A DNA stretch of 63,172 nt, filler included, from Stramenopiles sp. TOSAG23-6 (GCA_900128565.1; 37 parts of 37 records of this genome joined end to end with filler, not necessarily neighbours in it), one strand, 5' to 3'. Numbered from the whole stretch's first letter, positions 1 to 13,651 are shown. The notes: a model not told the origin generated them from the letters alone. Numbers and translations: made by a program.

Positions 1-17
1 TGTATAATATTCTTGAT

Positions 18-1388
18 ATGTCAATGCCTTGTACTATTGTTCAAAGTATCCCTAGAAATGTTTCTTCCGTACCAGGTATTGATTGTTTTGGGTTTCCGCT
101 TACTTCACAGTTAGGGTTAGTATTTGTTGGTGCACAGTTTCCTAAACCTCAGTCTCATAGTTTTGTATGTACAGATCAAGATAGAAGATATCACTATGGT
201 CATTGTGTAACGTTTTGGAGGCCTGCAAGAATGAAACTACTACGTGTGTTGCAACCAATGTTGCCAATAACGCAACTGCGAACTTCTGGTATGTGTATAC
301 TAGAAGAAACATGTATTATGGCATACTCACATCAACCGATACATGATACAAAACTTAAACTCTACAAGTTTATAGAATCTTCAAATTTAATTGGACCTGT
401 TGTGTTGCGGCCAAAACCAATAGTACCTCCACCAAGGCGTTCAATAACTGAAGAAGGGATCATTTGTGATGAAAGCTTCGGAAGAGACTCGCCAGTGGTT
501 CCTGGTGGCATTCACGATATAAAAATTGTAGATGCGAATATACTACAGGATTTATATAATCAAATGAATATTCCAGTGAAAGTTCGACGCCTTATTAAAG
601 TAGAAGCTGGAGCAGTGGTGAAAGGTATTCATTTACCTCCATGTACAGCAAACATCAGTATGGTCATTGGTCAATTAGGTTTGGAACCTCACGTCATAGT
701 TTGGCTTTGGGCGTGCATATTGGCTCAGCGTTCAATCGTGATTAGAAGTTCATCATATGAACATATCACCGATGTTACAGAGGCAGTCATGTCATTGATG
801 TGGCCATTCGAATGGAATGGAGTTTATATTCCAGTTCTTCCATTGACTGAAGATTTTATGGGTATTTTACATTCACCTGTTCCTATGCTAATTGGAATTG
901 TAGCTCAAGAAGATGATGATTTGGAATTGGAGGACTATATTGTCGTTGTCGATCTCGATAATAATACTGTAGAACCACTTCCAGAACCACCATGGAGACT
1001 TCCAGCAGATATATTAAGACGTTTACTTTTAGCTGTATATGATTTTTCTGAGGCCGTATCAGAAGTGAAAGATAAGGAAGAGCAAATTAAAAAAGAAAAT
1101 AATTTGCGTCTTGCTTTTGCAAAGGAATTGTCTCTATTACTTCGTGATTTCCCCATGTTTTTAGATACAGAAACAAATGGTGGTAACTTTTCATTGAATA
1201 GTCATCGAAATATTGTGACTGTAGGTTCTGGATACTATTTTGACTCGGATTTATTTGTCAAGAATTCAATACAAAAATTTAGCTTTAATGAAAACTCTGT
1301 AGTATTTCTCAAGGAATTTCTAGCATCTCAACTATTTGCAGGTTTTCTGGCTGACTATGTTTCATGTAAAATTGCTCTTGCGGGTTAG
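18..1388 (+). CDS. DENN domain protein (Rab GEF family), probably 5'-partial
   Basis: uDENN/cDENN/dDENN-like motifs: FCFP-like CFGFP, YGHCVTFW, LMWPFEWNGVYIPVLP, SPVPMLIG, VVDLD, FLASQLFAGF. Confidence 0.85.
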   Translation: MSMPCTIVQSIPRNVSSVPGIDCFGFPLTSQLGLVFVGAQFPKPQSHSFVCTDQDRRYHYGHCVTFWRPARMKLLRVLQPMLPITQLRTSGMCILEETCIMAYSHQPIHDTKLKLYKFIESSNLIGPVVLRPKPIVPPPRRSITEEGIICDESFGRDSPVVPGGIHDIKIVDANILQDLYNQMNIPVKVRRLIKVEAGAVVKGIHLPPCTANISMVIGQLGLEPHVIVWLWACILAQRSIVIRSSSYEHITDVTEAVMSLMWPFEWNGVYIPVLPLTEDFMGILHSPVPMLIGIVAQEDDDLELEDYIVVVDLDNNTVEPLPEPPWRLPADILRRLLLAVYDFSEAVSEVKDKEEQIKKENNLRLAFAKELSLLLRDFPMFLDTETNGGNFSLNSHRNIVTVGSGYYFDSDLFVKNSIQKFSFNENSVVFLKEFLASQLFAGFLADYVSCKIALAG

Positions 1389-1622
1389 AAGGCGGAGAAG
1401 TGATAGTTTATTAGACAGAGTTGGGAGGAATTATAGGGACGATATTGATGCTCGCATGCGCCATTTAGAAATATTTGAGTCCATGTATGAGGGTAATGCA
1501 GTTTATTTGCGTGGCAAAAGTTTATTTCTGAACAATTAATAATGATAATAAATATTTTATTTTTTTAAACGAATAAAAATAATAGCAAATACTTTTCTTT
1601 TAAGAATGCTTTCCACTCCCTT

Positions 1623-1722
1623 NNNNNNNNNNNNNNNNNNNNNNNNNNNNNNNNNNNNNNNNNNNNTTAATTAATTAANNNNNNNNNNNNNNNNNNNNNN
1701 NNNNNNNNNNNNNNNNNNNNNN
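1623..1722. other. Artificial contig linker (N-run, TTAATTAATTAA six-frame stop, N-run); recurs every ~1.7 kb
   Basis: Identical 100-nt linker throughout the window; contig lengths decrease slowly from ~1620 to ~1600 nt (size-sorted concatenation). Confidence 0.98.
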
Positions 1723-1772
1723 TGTACCTAACAATTAAAAAAATTTTTTTTGAATATTTTTCCAAAATACAT

Positions 1773-2791
1773 GATCAACGATGTCAACTGTTACAGCATA
1801 AAGAATTTTCATCATTTCTTCAAAATATACAAAATATACAAAATTTTGATTCTTCTGACAACGCGAATGAAGTGGTTGATGATGATGATGATTTTGAAAA
1901 TTTTGATGCGCAAAGCCGTACAAGAAATTTACGCGCAAGAAAGAAAATTGATTATACACAAGAAATGTAGGTTTTTTTTAAATGTATATATATTTTTTTT
2001 TTGAAAATTTTTTACCTAACAATTTTTTTTACATTTTTTTTTTTTTATGTGGTAAAATTTTTTTTTTTTTTTTTTTTTTTAAAAAAATTTTTTATAAAAA
2101 TTTTGTACCTAACAATTTAAACTTTTTTTTTTAAATTTTTTTTCTACATTACATCCACAGCCGTTCATATCAACGTAGTCGACGTAATTATAATGATAGT
2201 TCAGAATATTCAGATTATTCAACGGATTCATCAATTGATACAAGTGATTTTTCATCAGATTTTGATATGTACGAAAATGCACGAAATCATAAAAATAATC
2301 AAAAAAATAAAAATAATCAAAAAAATAAAAAAAAACGAAATTGGCGACAAGTCAATATTTCATTAAATCAAAATGATCTCGAAGAAATGAAGAAATGGTC
2401 TGAAAAATTGAAAGAATATCAAGGTATAGTTGCGTTAGATAGTATGAGAGATTTACCAAAATCTGTACGTTTTATTTTTTTCTTACGAAATTTCGTACCT
2501 AAACCTAAAAAAAAACTAAAAAAAAAAAAAACTAAAAACCTAAAAAAAACTCAATTTTTTTTAGAAAAATTTTTTTTATACGAAATTTCATACCTAACAA
2601 AAACAAATTTGTAAACTTGTTTATATTATCGTACAATAAATGTTCACTCTTCAATATCACAAAAAATTCGACAAATGTTAAGGGAGAAAAAAATCACACA
2701 AACAACCTTAGCAAAAGAATGGGGCATGTATGTTCCAATTTTTAGATTTTCTTTTTTTTGGTTTTTCATACGAAATTTTGTACCTAACCAA

Positions 2792-2827
<36 letters not shown>

Positions 2828-3226
2828 GGTATGAAATTTTGTACCTAAACCTAAAATATTTTTTTTTTTTAAATATGTGTACACAATTTATGTTGGATAG
2901 TGTTGGAATATCACAATGGCTGGGTGGCAATATACTCACTCAACATAGCGTAATCGTAGCTGGACAGAAATTGATTGTATGTTGTAATATAGCTTGTTTA
3001 ACTATGAAATTTCGTACCTAACAAAAAAAATTTTAAAATTTTTAAAAATTAAAAAAACAAAAAAAAAAAAAAAAAAATTGTATGAAAATGTTGTACCTAA
3101 CTAACAAAAATAAATATAATTAAAAAAAATTTTGAAATATTTTTAATAGTGTAGGAATGGTATATAAAAAATGGTGGTGACGTCACACTTGTACCGGATA
3201 AATTGAAAGATGATTTAGTATCAAAT
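1773..3226 (+). CDS. Multi-exon hypothetical protein with HTH-like segment (KITQTTLAKEWGMLDSVGISQWL); introns 1967-2154, 2465-2641, 2728-2891 (GT-AT) and 2977-3154 (GT-AG)
   Basis: Five exons join in one open frame with these boundaries. Confidence 0.6.
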
Positions 3227-3257
3227 GTGTGTTTTAGTTTTTTTTCAATGTTTTGCT

Positions 3258-3289
<32 letters not shown>

Positions 3290-3529
3290 GGTAAAAAAAT
3301 TTTTTACCTAAAAATTTTTTTTTTTTTTTTTGGAAAAAAAAAANNNNNNNNNNNNNNNNNNNNNNNNNNNNNNNNNNNNNNNNNNNNTTAATTAATTAAN
3401 NNNNNNNNNNNNNNNNNNNNNNNNNNNNNNNNNNNNNNNNNNNATTTCAAAAAAAATTCTAAAAAATTTGTTAGGTACAAAATTTCGTACGAAAAAAACA
3501 ATTCCAATTTGAAAAAAAGTAAAACATAC

Positions 3530-4202
3530 ATTTTTAAACGGTGAATTCAAAACAAGACCTTTGAGGTAGTCACCTTCTGATTTGACATGTTTTGGTAAGA
3601 AAATATGTGTACAGTGTGAAATTTGTTGGACACATTTGTTAGGTATAAGAAGTTGGTACAATTAGTTTGTTTTGAAATTCATTATGAAAATGTACAATCA
3701 GTATAACACTTGCGTGCAGTGCTGGCTGAGCTAAGCACGATACAGGATGAGAAATAAGAATAGAACCACAACTTGGATATTCATGAGACGTAGGATTTTG
3801 TAAACTAACACCACTCATATTAAGTAAAGTTTTTTCGATGTCTTCCGGGTCATCATCCAGAAGATGTGTACTGTTTTTGTTGGCGGCATTGAACAGCCGT
3901 AGGGCACTAAAAGCAGTCTCCTCAATTTCTTCGACTGAGAGGTTTTTTTCAAATATTTGTCTGGCTTTTTTAATCTCAGTGTATACACTTCTCTTACTTG
4001 GTCGGTAGTGGTCACCACCGTTAAATTCAGATATTTGTTTATCGAGGTTTTTGGGGTTCTGCAAATATTGAATGCTTTTTGATGTTCGATCAAAATACTC
4101 CAAAGGTTGTCCTGTCATTAGTAGCGCCTTCGCAGCTGCACTCCGATCAATTATACGACCATATCGTAATAACTCTTTGTATAAAGTCCGATGCATCGAC
4201 AT
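3530..4202 (-). CDS. DUF179/AlgH (UPF0301)-like protein, 3'-partial; GT-AT intron 3587-3695
   Basis: ILISHP...HASVILI|VKSEGDYLKGLVLNSP matches the UPF0301 SVILL...GLVLN pattern after splicing. Confidence 0.7.
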
Positions 4203-4548
4203 TGAAGTCCAAATCTAACGTAACGATGATAATAATATATAAATGCGAATCAGAGATCGGACAGTGAAGCTTATTATCTTTACTGTTTGTTGCCGCCATA
4301 GATGCCATCAAAGGGAATTTCAATATTCAAGTCAAAATTTTGATTTAACGGACGTTCCGTTGCGGTTTTTCACCGTAGATCTCTAAATCGTCTAAAAATA
4401 TTTAATCTTGGAACGTAATCTGAAGCCGATCCTAATTCGTTATTATTTTCACATACAGAGCTCCTAAGAAAGAAGTGTCGACCTTTTTGGACTATCATAT
4501 AATAGTTTTTCCTTAAGGTATTGTGTGTACGTAGACACTCGATATAGA

Positions 4549-4971
4549 ATGGAAAACATTGAGCTCTCTACAGGACACTACGATAGTAGTAATTTTCTAT
4601 CCTTGAGTAGCTCAGAAATTGCACCAGCAGTGAAACAACAACAACGCAATACAACTAGTTTTTGTGGTTTTGTTGGCAAGCATAGTAAGAAACAAGAACA
4701 TAATTTAGCTTCATTGTGTGTCGAAGAATCAAAAGAATCAAAAAAATCAAAAAAATCAAAAAAAAAACTTTTATTTGATTCTAGACCATGTGAAGTACAA
4801 ATGGAGCAGTTGACACTACTGAGACTAAATGACAAAGCAGCAGCTTCCCAATTTCTGGACTCTGGTAAAAAAATTCTACATTTTGCAGCAATTGGTGATG
4901 TTCCTGGACTCTCGAAATTATTTCAAACAATGTATAAAATAGGGCAAGCAGGTCTTGATTGGTGGGGATAT
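4549..4971 (+). CDS. Hypothetical protein first exon, possible ankyrin-like repeat; divergent from the DUF179 gene
   Basis: ORF ending at AT|GTATGT donor; ILHFAAIGDV ankyrin-like motif. Confidence 0.45.
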
Positions 4972-5162
4972 GTATGTTTTATTATTTTTTTTTTACAATG
5001 AATTTTTTTTTCATACGAAATTTTGTACCTAACAAATTTTTTTAGATTTTTTTTTTGAAATANNNNNNNNNNNNNNNNNNNNNNNNNNNNNNNNNNNNNN
5101 NNNNNNTTAATTAATTAANNNNNNNNNNNNNNNNNNNNNNNNNNNNNNNNNNNNNNNNNNNN

Positions 5163-6781
5163 ATTTCAAAAAAAATTCTAAAAAATTTGTTAGGTACAAA
5201 ATTTCGTACGAAAAAAACAATTCCAATTTGAAAAAAAGTAAAACATACATTTTTAAACGGTGAATTCAAAACAAGACCTTTGAGGTAGTCACCTTCTGAT
5301 TTGACATGTTTTGGTAAGAAAATATGTGTACAGTGTGAAATTTGTTGGACACATTTGTTAGGTATAAGAAGTTGGTACAATTAGTTTGTTTTGAAATTCA
5401 TTATGAAAATGTACAATCAGTATAACACTTGCGTGCAGTGCTGGCTGAGCTAAGCACGATACAGGATGAGAAATAAGAATAGAACCACAACTTGGATATT
5501 CATGAGACGTAGGATTTTGTAAACTAACACCACTCATATTAAGTAAAGTTTTTTCGATGTCTTCCGGGTCATCATCCAGAAGATGTGTACTGTTTTTGTT
5601 GGCGGCATTGAACAGCCGTAGGGCACTAAAAGCAGTCTCCTCAATTTCTTCGACTGAGAGGTTTTTTTCAAATATTTGTCTGGCTTTTTTAATCTCAGTG
5701 TATACACTTCTCTTACTTGGTCGGTAGTGGTCACCACCGTTAAATTCAGATATTTGTTTATCGAGGTTTTTGGGGTTCTGCAAATATTGAATGCTTTTTG
5801 ATGTTCGATCAAAATACTCCAAAGGTTGTCCTGTCATTAGTAGCGCCTTCGCAGCTGCACTCCGATCAATTATACGACCATATCGTAATAACTCTTTGTA
5901 TAAAGTCCGATGCATCGACATTGAAGTCCAAATCTAACGTAACGATGATAATAATATATAAATGCGAATCAGAGATCGGACAGTGAAGCTTATTATCTTT
6001 ACTGTTTGTTGCCGCCATAGATGCCATCAAAGGGAATTTCAATATTCAAGTCAAAATTTTGATTTAACGGACGTTCCGTTGCGGTTTTTCACCGTAGATC
6101 TCTAAATCGTCTAAAAATATTTAATCTTGGAACGTAATCTGAAGCCGATCCTAATTCGTTATTATTTTCACATACAGAGCTCCTAAGAAAGAAGTGTCGA
6201 CCTTTTTGGACTATCATATAATAGTTTTTCCTTAAGGTATTGTGTGTACGTAGACACTCGATATAGAATGGAAAACATTGAGCTCTCTACAGGACACTAC
6301 GATAGTAGTAATTTTCTATCCTTGAGTAGCTCAGAAATTGCACCAGCAGTGAAACAACAACAACGCAATACAACTAGTTTTTGTGGTTTTGTTGGCAAGC
6401 ATAGTAAGAAACAAGAACATAATTTAGCTTCATTGTGTGTCGAAGAATCAAAAGAATCAAAAAAATCAAAAAAATCAAAAAAAAAACTTTTATTTGATTC
6501 TAGACCATGTGAAGTACAAATGGAGCAGTTGACACTACTGAGACTAAATGACAAAGCAGCAGCTTCCCAATTTCTGGACTCTGGTAAAAAAATTCTACAT
6601 TTTGCAGCAATTGGTGATGTTCCTGGACTCTCGAAATTATTTCAAACAATGTATAAAATAGGGCAAGCAGGTCTTGATTGGTGGGGATATGTATGTTTTA
6701 TTATTTTTTTTTTACAATGAATTTTTTTTTCATACGAAATTTTGTACCTAACAAATTTTTTTAGATTTTTTTTTTGAAATA
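5163..6781. repeat. Exact duplicate of contig 3424-5062 (redundant assembly)
   Basis: Identical sequence and identical ORF track. Confidence 0.95.
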
Positions 6782-7040
6782 NNNNNNNNNNNNNNNNNNN
6801 NNNNNNNNNNNNNNNNNNNNNNNNNTTAATTAATTAANNNNNNNNNNNNNNNNNNNNNNNNNNNNNNNNNNNNNNNNNNNNTTGAAATATTTTTTTTTTT
6901 TGAAATATTTTTTTTTTTTTGAAATTTTTTTTTTTTTAAACTTTTAAAATTTTTTTTTTTTTTTTCATAATTTTTTTTTTTTTTTCACACTATTTTTTTT
7001 TTCTGGTACAAAATTTCATACCTAACAAAAACACACTCAA

Positions 7041-8500
7041 ATGTGGACATATTATTGTACTATTTATGGATATGATGAACCAATGCAAAGAGATTACAAC
7101 AAATCTTCTGCACTTTTTTTTATTGCTGTTAATATTTTATGTTCATTTCTTGTTTTAAATGCCTTTGTTGGTATTGTAATCAACTATTTTAACAAAATTA
7201 AAAAAGAGCAGGAAACAAATATACAAGGATCATGTAGGTTTTTAAATTTAAATTTCAATTTGAAAAAAAAATCAAAATATTTTTTCAAAAAAAACATCAA
7301 AATTTTTTCGTAGTAAATTTTGTACCTAACAAAATTTTGAAATTTTTTTTTGAAATATTTTCAAAAATATATTTTTAACAGATGATCAAAAATTATGGAT
7401 TGAACAAATGAAAATTGTCTGGAGTTTCAAATGTGATGATGTATTGATTGCACCACAACGTCCTCATTTGTACCATAAAAGTATAAAAAATGATACATAT
7501 TCGAAATATTTCAAAAATATTTCAAATATTTGGTTTTGGATTAGACAAAACTGTTTTCAAATTATTCGAAATTCAAAATTTGAAATTTTTGTATTATTTT
7601 TAATTTCATTGAATATGATAATCATGTCATTTACACATAGTAATGAAGGTGACACGTGGCATTCTACATTGATGTATTTAGATCTTTGTTTTACTATACT
7701 ATTTACTATAGAAATGATGTTAAAATGTATAGGTTTAGGTATCAAACAATATGTAAGTTTATTTTTAAATTTTTTTTTTTTGAATTTTTTTTTTTTTTTT
7801 TATGAATTTTTTTTTGTATGAATTTTTTTTTTTGAGAAAATTTTTTGAAAATTTTTTGAAAATTTTTTGAAAATTTTTGAATTTTTTTTTTCGTACGAAA
7901 TTTTGTACTTAACAAAATTTTTGATTTTTTTTTTGAAAAAAATTTTACATAACAAAAAAAAAATTTGAACAATATTTTCACACAATATATGCAAATTTTG
8001 AAACATTTTGGGTATCTGTATTGACATTATTTCGTGCAGTTACTGGTGAAAGTTATAATGCAATTATGCATGATACTTTAATAAAAACGCCGTACTGTGA
8101 AGAATCAAAATGGTGGGATCAAACACGAAATATGTATAGATATAGTAATTGTGGACCGGGTACCGTGAGTGCATTCTTTTTTACATTTTCATTTACAATT
8201 ACAAATTATATATTTTTGAACATTTTGATTGCAATTATTCTTGATAATTATTTAGAAGCAAGAAAATTTTCTGAAAATGTGATATCAAATGAAATATTTG
8301 AAGATTTTAATGCGAAATGGACAAGTTTTGTATGTTTTTTCTTTTTTTTCTCATAATTTTAATTGAATTTGAATTTGGAATTTTTTTTTTTTGGTTTTTA
8401 TAAAAATTTTATACCTAACAAAATTTTTTTTTTTTTTTAAATTTCACAATATATGATAAAAATGGTGATTTATTTATACCATTAAACAAATTAGCATCAC
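7041..8500 (+). CDS. Four-domain voltage-gated Ca2+/Na+ channel alpha subunit fragment (domain III S6 to C-terminal EF region); introns 7234-7372, 7753-7990, 8330-8454
   Basis: LNAFVGIVINYF, FLTDDQKLW, FTIEMMLKCIGLG, NFETF..SVLTLFRAVTGESY, FLNILIAIILDNY, WTSF|DKNG. Confidence 0.9.
8330..8454 (+). other. GT-AT intron whose donor is not preceded by AT (rules out an AT-AC reading)
   Basis: TTT|GTATGT...CACAATATAT|GAT gives WTSF|DKNG. Confidence 0.85.
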
Positions 8501-8600
8501 NNNNNNNNNNNNNNNNNNNNNNNNNNNNNNNNNNNNNNNNNNNNTTAATTAATTAANNNNNNNNNNNNNNNNNNNNNNNNNNNNNNNNNNNNNNNNNNNN

Positions 8601-9449
8601 CGCCATTTTATACTTATGAATTATCTACTTTACCACATACTGAATTTAAAACACAGTCTACGTCAAATTCTAATAATCCTGATGCAAACAATGAACGTAT
8701 TGTCTTGGACAAACATGGTATCAAATTTGTATTTGAAGTATTTTTTATACTACCTACAATATATATCTATACTACCTACAATATATATATCTATATATTT
8801 CTAGATTTTTATTTTTTTAAATTTATATTTATTTGAAATGTGAATCCTTTTTATCTAACAAAAAAAAATCAAATTTTTAGATATATTATTGACATTACTG
8901 TTTGGAGGTCGTTTTGGAGTTTGGGATTTTACGACTTTNTTAGTAGAAATAACTACAAGTTTTTCATTATTAGCCATTGCAGGGTTNATTACAGAATATA
9001 CAATGTTATATNTATTAAAACATCGTAAANTATATTCAAATGCAAAATATGAAAATCATTCAAAGAGAGACTTTCATTCAGAAAATTTAACAAAATTACT
9101 TGGTGATGAAAAAGATGTATGTTTTTTTTTATTCCTAACCCAAAGACTAAATTGTATTTAATTATACCATGGGGTATCTGGATATCTGGATACCTAAAAA
9201 TGTTTTCTTACATTTTTTTTTTCTTTTTTTTTTCAAATACATATACATATATATATATAACCCTAACCCTAAACATAATTTTAAAAAATTCCATATGTAT
9301 TTCTCACAATACATATGGAGAATATGGATGATATTGAAGAACAAACAACAAAAAATAATTCAGACTCGGAAGAAAACGATTTTGAAAAAACAGATTATAC
9401 ATCAGTTTGGTCTGAAATTGGAAATGAAGTAACCAGTTTAATGGGCTAA
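8601..9449 (+). CDS. P2X receptor-like ATP-gated channel, C-terminal part, spliced
   Basis: ERIVLDKHGIK...GRFGVWDF..LLVEITTSFSLLAIA..ITEY...Y...KYE resembles protist P2X TM2 and the YxxxK motif; GT-AT intron 9117-9314. Confidence 0.75.
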
Positions 9450-9733
9450 ACCCTAACCCTAATACTATCACGTCATTGTTGTTTTTTATTGGAAATGAAG
9501 TAATATCATAATATTATTGCTATTGTGAATGTTCTCTTGGTATGAAAAAACGTTTCGAGAAATAATAAATTCGAAATTCAATCTCAATTCTACAGTTTCA
9601 TTTTTTTTTTTTTACGTTAAATTTTTTTTTTATAGCTTTTTTAGTAGTGTGACTACTTGGTTTTTGCATATATATCTACAATTTGAAGTTATGTTACCAT
9701 ATAAATGATACCTACGAGTGAATACCGGAAACA

Positions 9734-10218
9734 ATGAATCGTATACGACCTGCAACCGCACCAACGTTACGACTNAATGGTCGTGGTAGAGGCAGAGGAC
9801 GTGGTAGAGGCAGAGGACGTGGCAGAGGACGTGGCAGAGGACGTGGCAGAGGCAGAGGACGTGGTAGAGGACGCGAAATAGTTAACTATCGTGCTTCTAC
9901 TAGTCATAAAAAGATCATTCGTTTGACACCTAAAGAACGTTTAAAACTAACAGAAGCAGAGACAAAAGAACGGCAAGAACGAAAAAAACGAATTGAAACT
10001 ACAAACATAAAAAAAACATTTCATCGTCGTCAGGCATGGATCTCAACAATGGAAAACAAAATTAAGGAAAAAGAGAAATCTTTGGAAACACGAAAAACAA
10101 AGATTGATCGTCTACAAAAACGTTTTCTTACAATGGAAAAGGACATAATGAATGCAAGAATTATTGCAGTACAACAAAAAGGGTATGCTCTTGGTACATG
10201 GGCAGAGGAAAGAGAACG
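9734..10218 (+). CDS. Hypothetical protein with long RG-dipeptide repeat and coiled coil, 3'-partial
   Basis: ORF with GRGRGR tract encoded by an imperfect microsatellite. Confidence 0.6.
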
Positions 10219-10882
10219 NNNNNNNNNNNNNNNNNNNNNNNNNNNNNNNNNNNNNNNNNNNNTTAATTAATTAANNNNNNNNNNNNNNNNNNNNNNNNNN
10301 NNNNNNNNNNNNNNNNNNCTTTCAGAAAATTATTTATTGCATTTCTAAAATTGATATTTTCTCTGTGAATTTAACAAACAATGCATTCGGAGATTGAAGT
10401 AAATTTTTATTTATTTATACCACAAAAAAAAGTCTTTATTCGTTTATTCAGTAAAAATGTGTTGCAATGATTATTGCATGTGTAGTATGAGTAATTCAAA
10501 ATGTTTTTTTTGTAATTTTGTTTTGTAAATTGTTTTTTTATAAATTGTTTTTAAATTACTTCACTTCCAGGGAAAGCACTGCACAATCAAGCATATAAAA
10601 TGCCTCGCTACTAACTCCACTACCTCCAGGATTTTCGCACAAATATGGAGCTCTACCAATGGATTGAATACTAAATAGTTCATCAGAGAGAAAATCTCTA
10701 CAGACTCTATTTACAAAACCTTCAAAAGTTTCATCACTTGGACATTTTTCAGATAATAAATTTTCTTCTGGTCCAGAGTACTACTTTATATTTTACCACA
10801 TAGCTATAGCCTATATATAGCTATAGTAGATTTGTTAAGATTGATTTATTATTTAAAAATTTTACTATAAAACTATAGAGAA

Positions 10883-11935
10883 TTATCCAAAATCTGTTAA
10901 TTGTATTTTAAGTTCCTTTACTCGGCGTGCTAATTTTCGGATTGTCGGTAATGTTTGCGCTTTTTCTAACATCCACAATCTGTTTTTTGCTGCAAGTTCT
11001 TCTCTTCTTCTTTCAAATTGTTTCTTTTGAGTTTTTATCCATTCTTCAGACTGATTTTCACTATTTTGTTTTTCATTCTCCTTCCCACTCAATGTCTCTT
11101 TTATTGTCAGCGTACTACCTTTCCTATTTGTCATTTTCTGCGTTGTATGTAATTTTGCAATTTCTTCTTCCACAAATCTAATTTCTTTTTTATCTGATTC
11201 TGCTTGCAGTTTCCTATGTTGCCATTGTCTCAATGAGTTTCCTATGACACGTAATTCAACACGAATTTCTTCAGCATAAGAATCATCAATTTTATGTATT
11301 GTGAAAAAGTACAAAATCAGAAAAAATCACAAAAAAAATCGTTAGGTACGAAATTTCGTATGAAAAAAAAACTAGATTTGAAATTGAAAAAAAATAAAAC
11401 ATACATGCACCCTAAAGGATGACTTTGATGTCTTCTTATCTAATTGTTTAGATTGTTCTATTTTTTGAGGATCTACAATTTTGGTCTTGGTTCCTTGTGG
11501 TGTAATGCTATAATATTCGTTGCTATTTTCTAAAGTAAATTTACTTTCGGCATTAGCATTTCGTCGTAGTTTCGTACGATGCTTAAAAAGATCATGTATT
11601 GTGAAAAAACAAATTAGTTAAGAAAAACTCGTTAGGTACGAAATTTCGTATGAAAAAAAAATTAAATTAGAAATTCATACGAAACGTACATATCTAGTGG
11701 GACTTAATTGTTGTTTTTGAAATAGATTGTTTTGTTGATTTTGTATAATGCTTTGAACTGGGCTATTATCATTCGATTTCATATAAGATTGTCCAGTCGA
11801 TTGATCTAGTACAAGCTCTACAGGACATCGCGGTGGGCGTCTCTCTCTTCTCTCTGGAAATTTCAAATACCAAGGTGAAGACAAAATTTCCTCTTGTGTC
11901 TGATTTGTTCCAGCATCTAATTTGTTTTTAGATGA
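10883..11935 (-). CDS. Coiled-coil hypothetical protein; GT-AT introns 11294-11404 and 11594-11689
   Basis: Three exons join in phase 0 at ...CACAATACAT acceptors. Confidence 0.65.
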
Positions 11936-12035
11936 NNNNNNNNNNNNNNNNNNNNNNNNNNNNNNNNNNNNNNNNNNNNTTAATTAATTAANNNNNNNNN
12001 NNNNNNNNNNNNNNNNNNNNNNNNNNNNNNNNNNN

Positions 12036-13651
12036 CTTTCAGAAAATTATTTATTGCATTTCTAAAATTGATATTTTCTCTGTGAATTTAACAAACAATG
12101 CATTCGGAGATTGAAGTAAATTTTTATTTATTTATACCACAAAAAAAAGTCTTTATTCGTTTATTCAGTAAAAATGTGTTGCAATGATTATTGCATGTGT
12201 AGTATGAGTAATTCAAAATGTTTTTTTTGTAATTTTGTTTTGTAAATTGTTTTTTTATAAATTGTTTTTAAATTACTTCACTTCCAGGGAAAGCACTGCA
12301 CAATCAAGCATATAAAATGCCTCGCTACTAACTCCACTACCTCCAGGATTTTCGCACAAATATGGAGCTCTACCAATGGATTGAATACTAAATAGTTCAT
12401 CAGAGAGAAAATCTCTACAGACTCTATTTACAAAACCTTCAAAAGTTTCATCACTTGGACATTTTTCAGATAATAAATTTTCTTCTGGTCCAGAGTACTA
12501 CTTTATATTTTACCACATAGCTATAGCCTATATATAGCTATAGTAGATTTGTTAAGATTGATTTATTATTTAAAAATTTTACTATAAAACTATAGAGAAT
12601 TATCCAAAATCTGTTAATTGTATTTTAAGTTCCTTTACTCGGCGTGCTAATTTTCGGATTGTCGGTAATGTTTGCGCTTTTTCTAACATCCACAATCTGT
12701 TTTTTGCTGCAAGTTCTTCTCTTCTTCTTTCAAATTGTTTCTTTTGAGTTTTTATCCATTCTTCAGACTGATTTTCACTATTTTGTTTTTCATTCTCCTT
12801 CCCACTCAATGTCTCTTTTATTGTCAGCGTACTACCTTTCCTATTTGTCATTTTCTGCGTTGTATGTAATTTTGCAATTTCTTCTTCCACAAATCTAATT
12901 TCTTTTTTATCTGATTCTGCTTGCAGTTTCCTATGTTGCCATTGTCTCAATGAGTTTCCTATGACACGTAATTCAACACGAATTTCTTCAGCATAAGAAT
13001 CATCAATTTTATGTATTGTGAAAAAGTACAAAATCAGAAAAAATCACAAAAAAAATCGTTAGGTACGAAATTTCGTATGAAAAAAAAACTAGATTTGAAA
13101 TTGAAAAAAAATAAAACATACATGCACCCTAAAGGATGACTTTGATGTCTTCTTATCTAATTGTTTAGATTGTTCTATTTTTTGAGGATCTACAATTTTG
13201 GTCTTGGTTCCTTGTGGTGTAATGCTATAATATTCGTTGCTATTTTCTAAAGTAAATTTACTTTCGGCATTAGCATTTCGTCGTAGTTTCGTACGATGCT
13301 TAAAAAGATCATGTATTGTGAAAAAACAAATTAGTTAAGAAAAACTCGTTAGGTACGAAATTTCGTATGAAAAAAAAATTAAATTAGAAATTCATACGAA
13401 ACGTACATATCTAGTGGGACTTAATTGTTGTTTTTGAAATAGATTGTTTTGTTGATTTTGTATAATGCTTTGAACTGGGCTATTATCATTCGATTTCATA
13501 TAAGATTGTCCAGTCGATTGATCTAGTACAAGCTCTACAGGACATCGCGGTGGGCGTCTCTCTCTTCTCTCTGGAAATTTCAAATACCAAGGTGAAGACA
13601 AAATTTCCTCTTGTGTCTGATTTGTTCCAGCATCTAATTTGTTTTTAGATG
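12036..13651. repeat. Duplicate of contig 10319-11935
   Basis: Essentially identical sequence and ORFs. Confidence 0.95.

Noticed and set aside
1336-1539. Overlapping ORF after the DENN stop (programmed frameshift or alternative genetic code)
   Set aside because: No slippery site seen; conserved proteins elsewhere read fully in the standard code; an indel error or chance is more likely
1668-1679. Regularly spaced TTAATTAATTAA as a biological repeat or CRISPR-like array
   Set aside because: Always embedded in N runs; it is a concatenation linker
2267-2614. Shared peptides VRNFVPN / SYEILYLT / LGTKFR across many ORFs as a protein domain
   Set aside because: They are translations of the intron core in different frames
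3424-6781. Tandem gene duplications (also 10319-13651 and 44569-47876)
   Set aside because: Identical whole contigs separated by linkers; redundancy of the assembly
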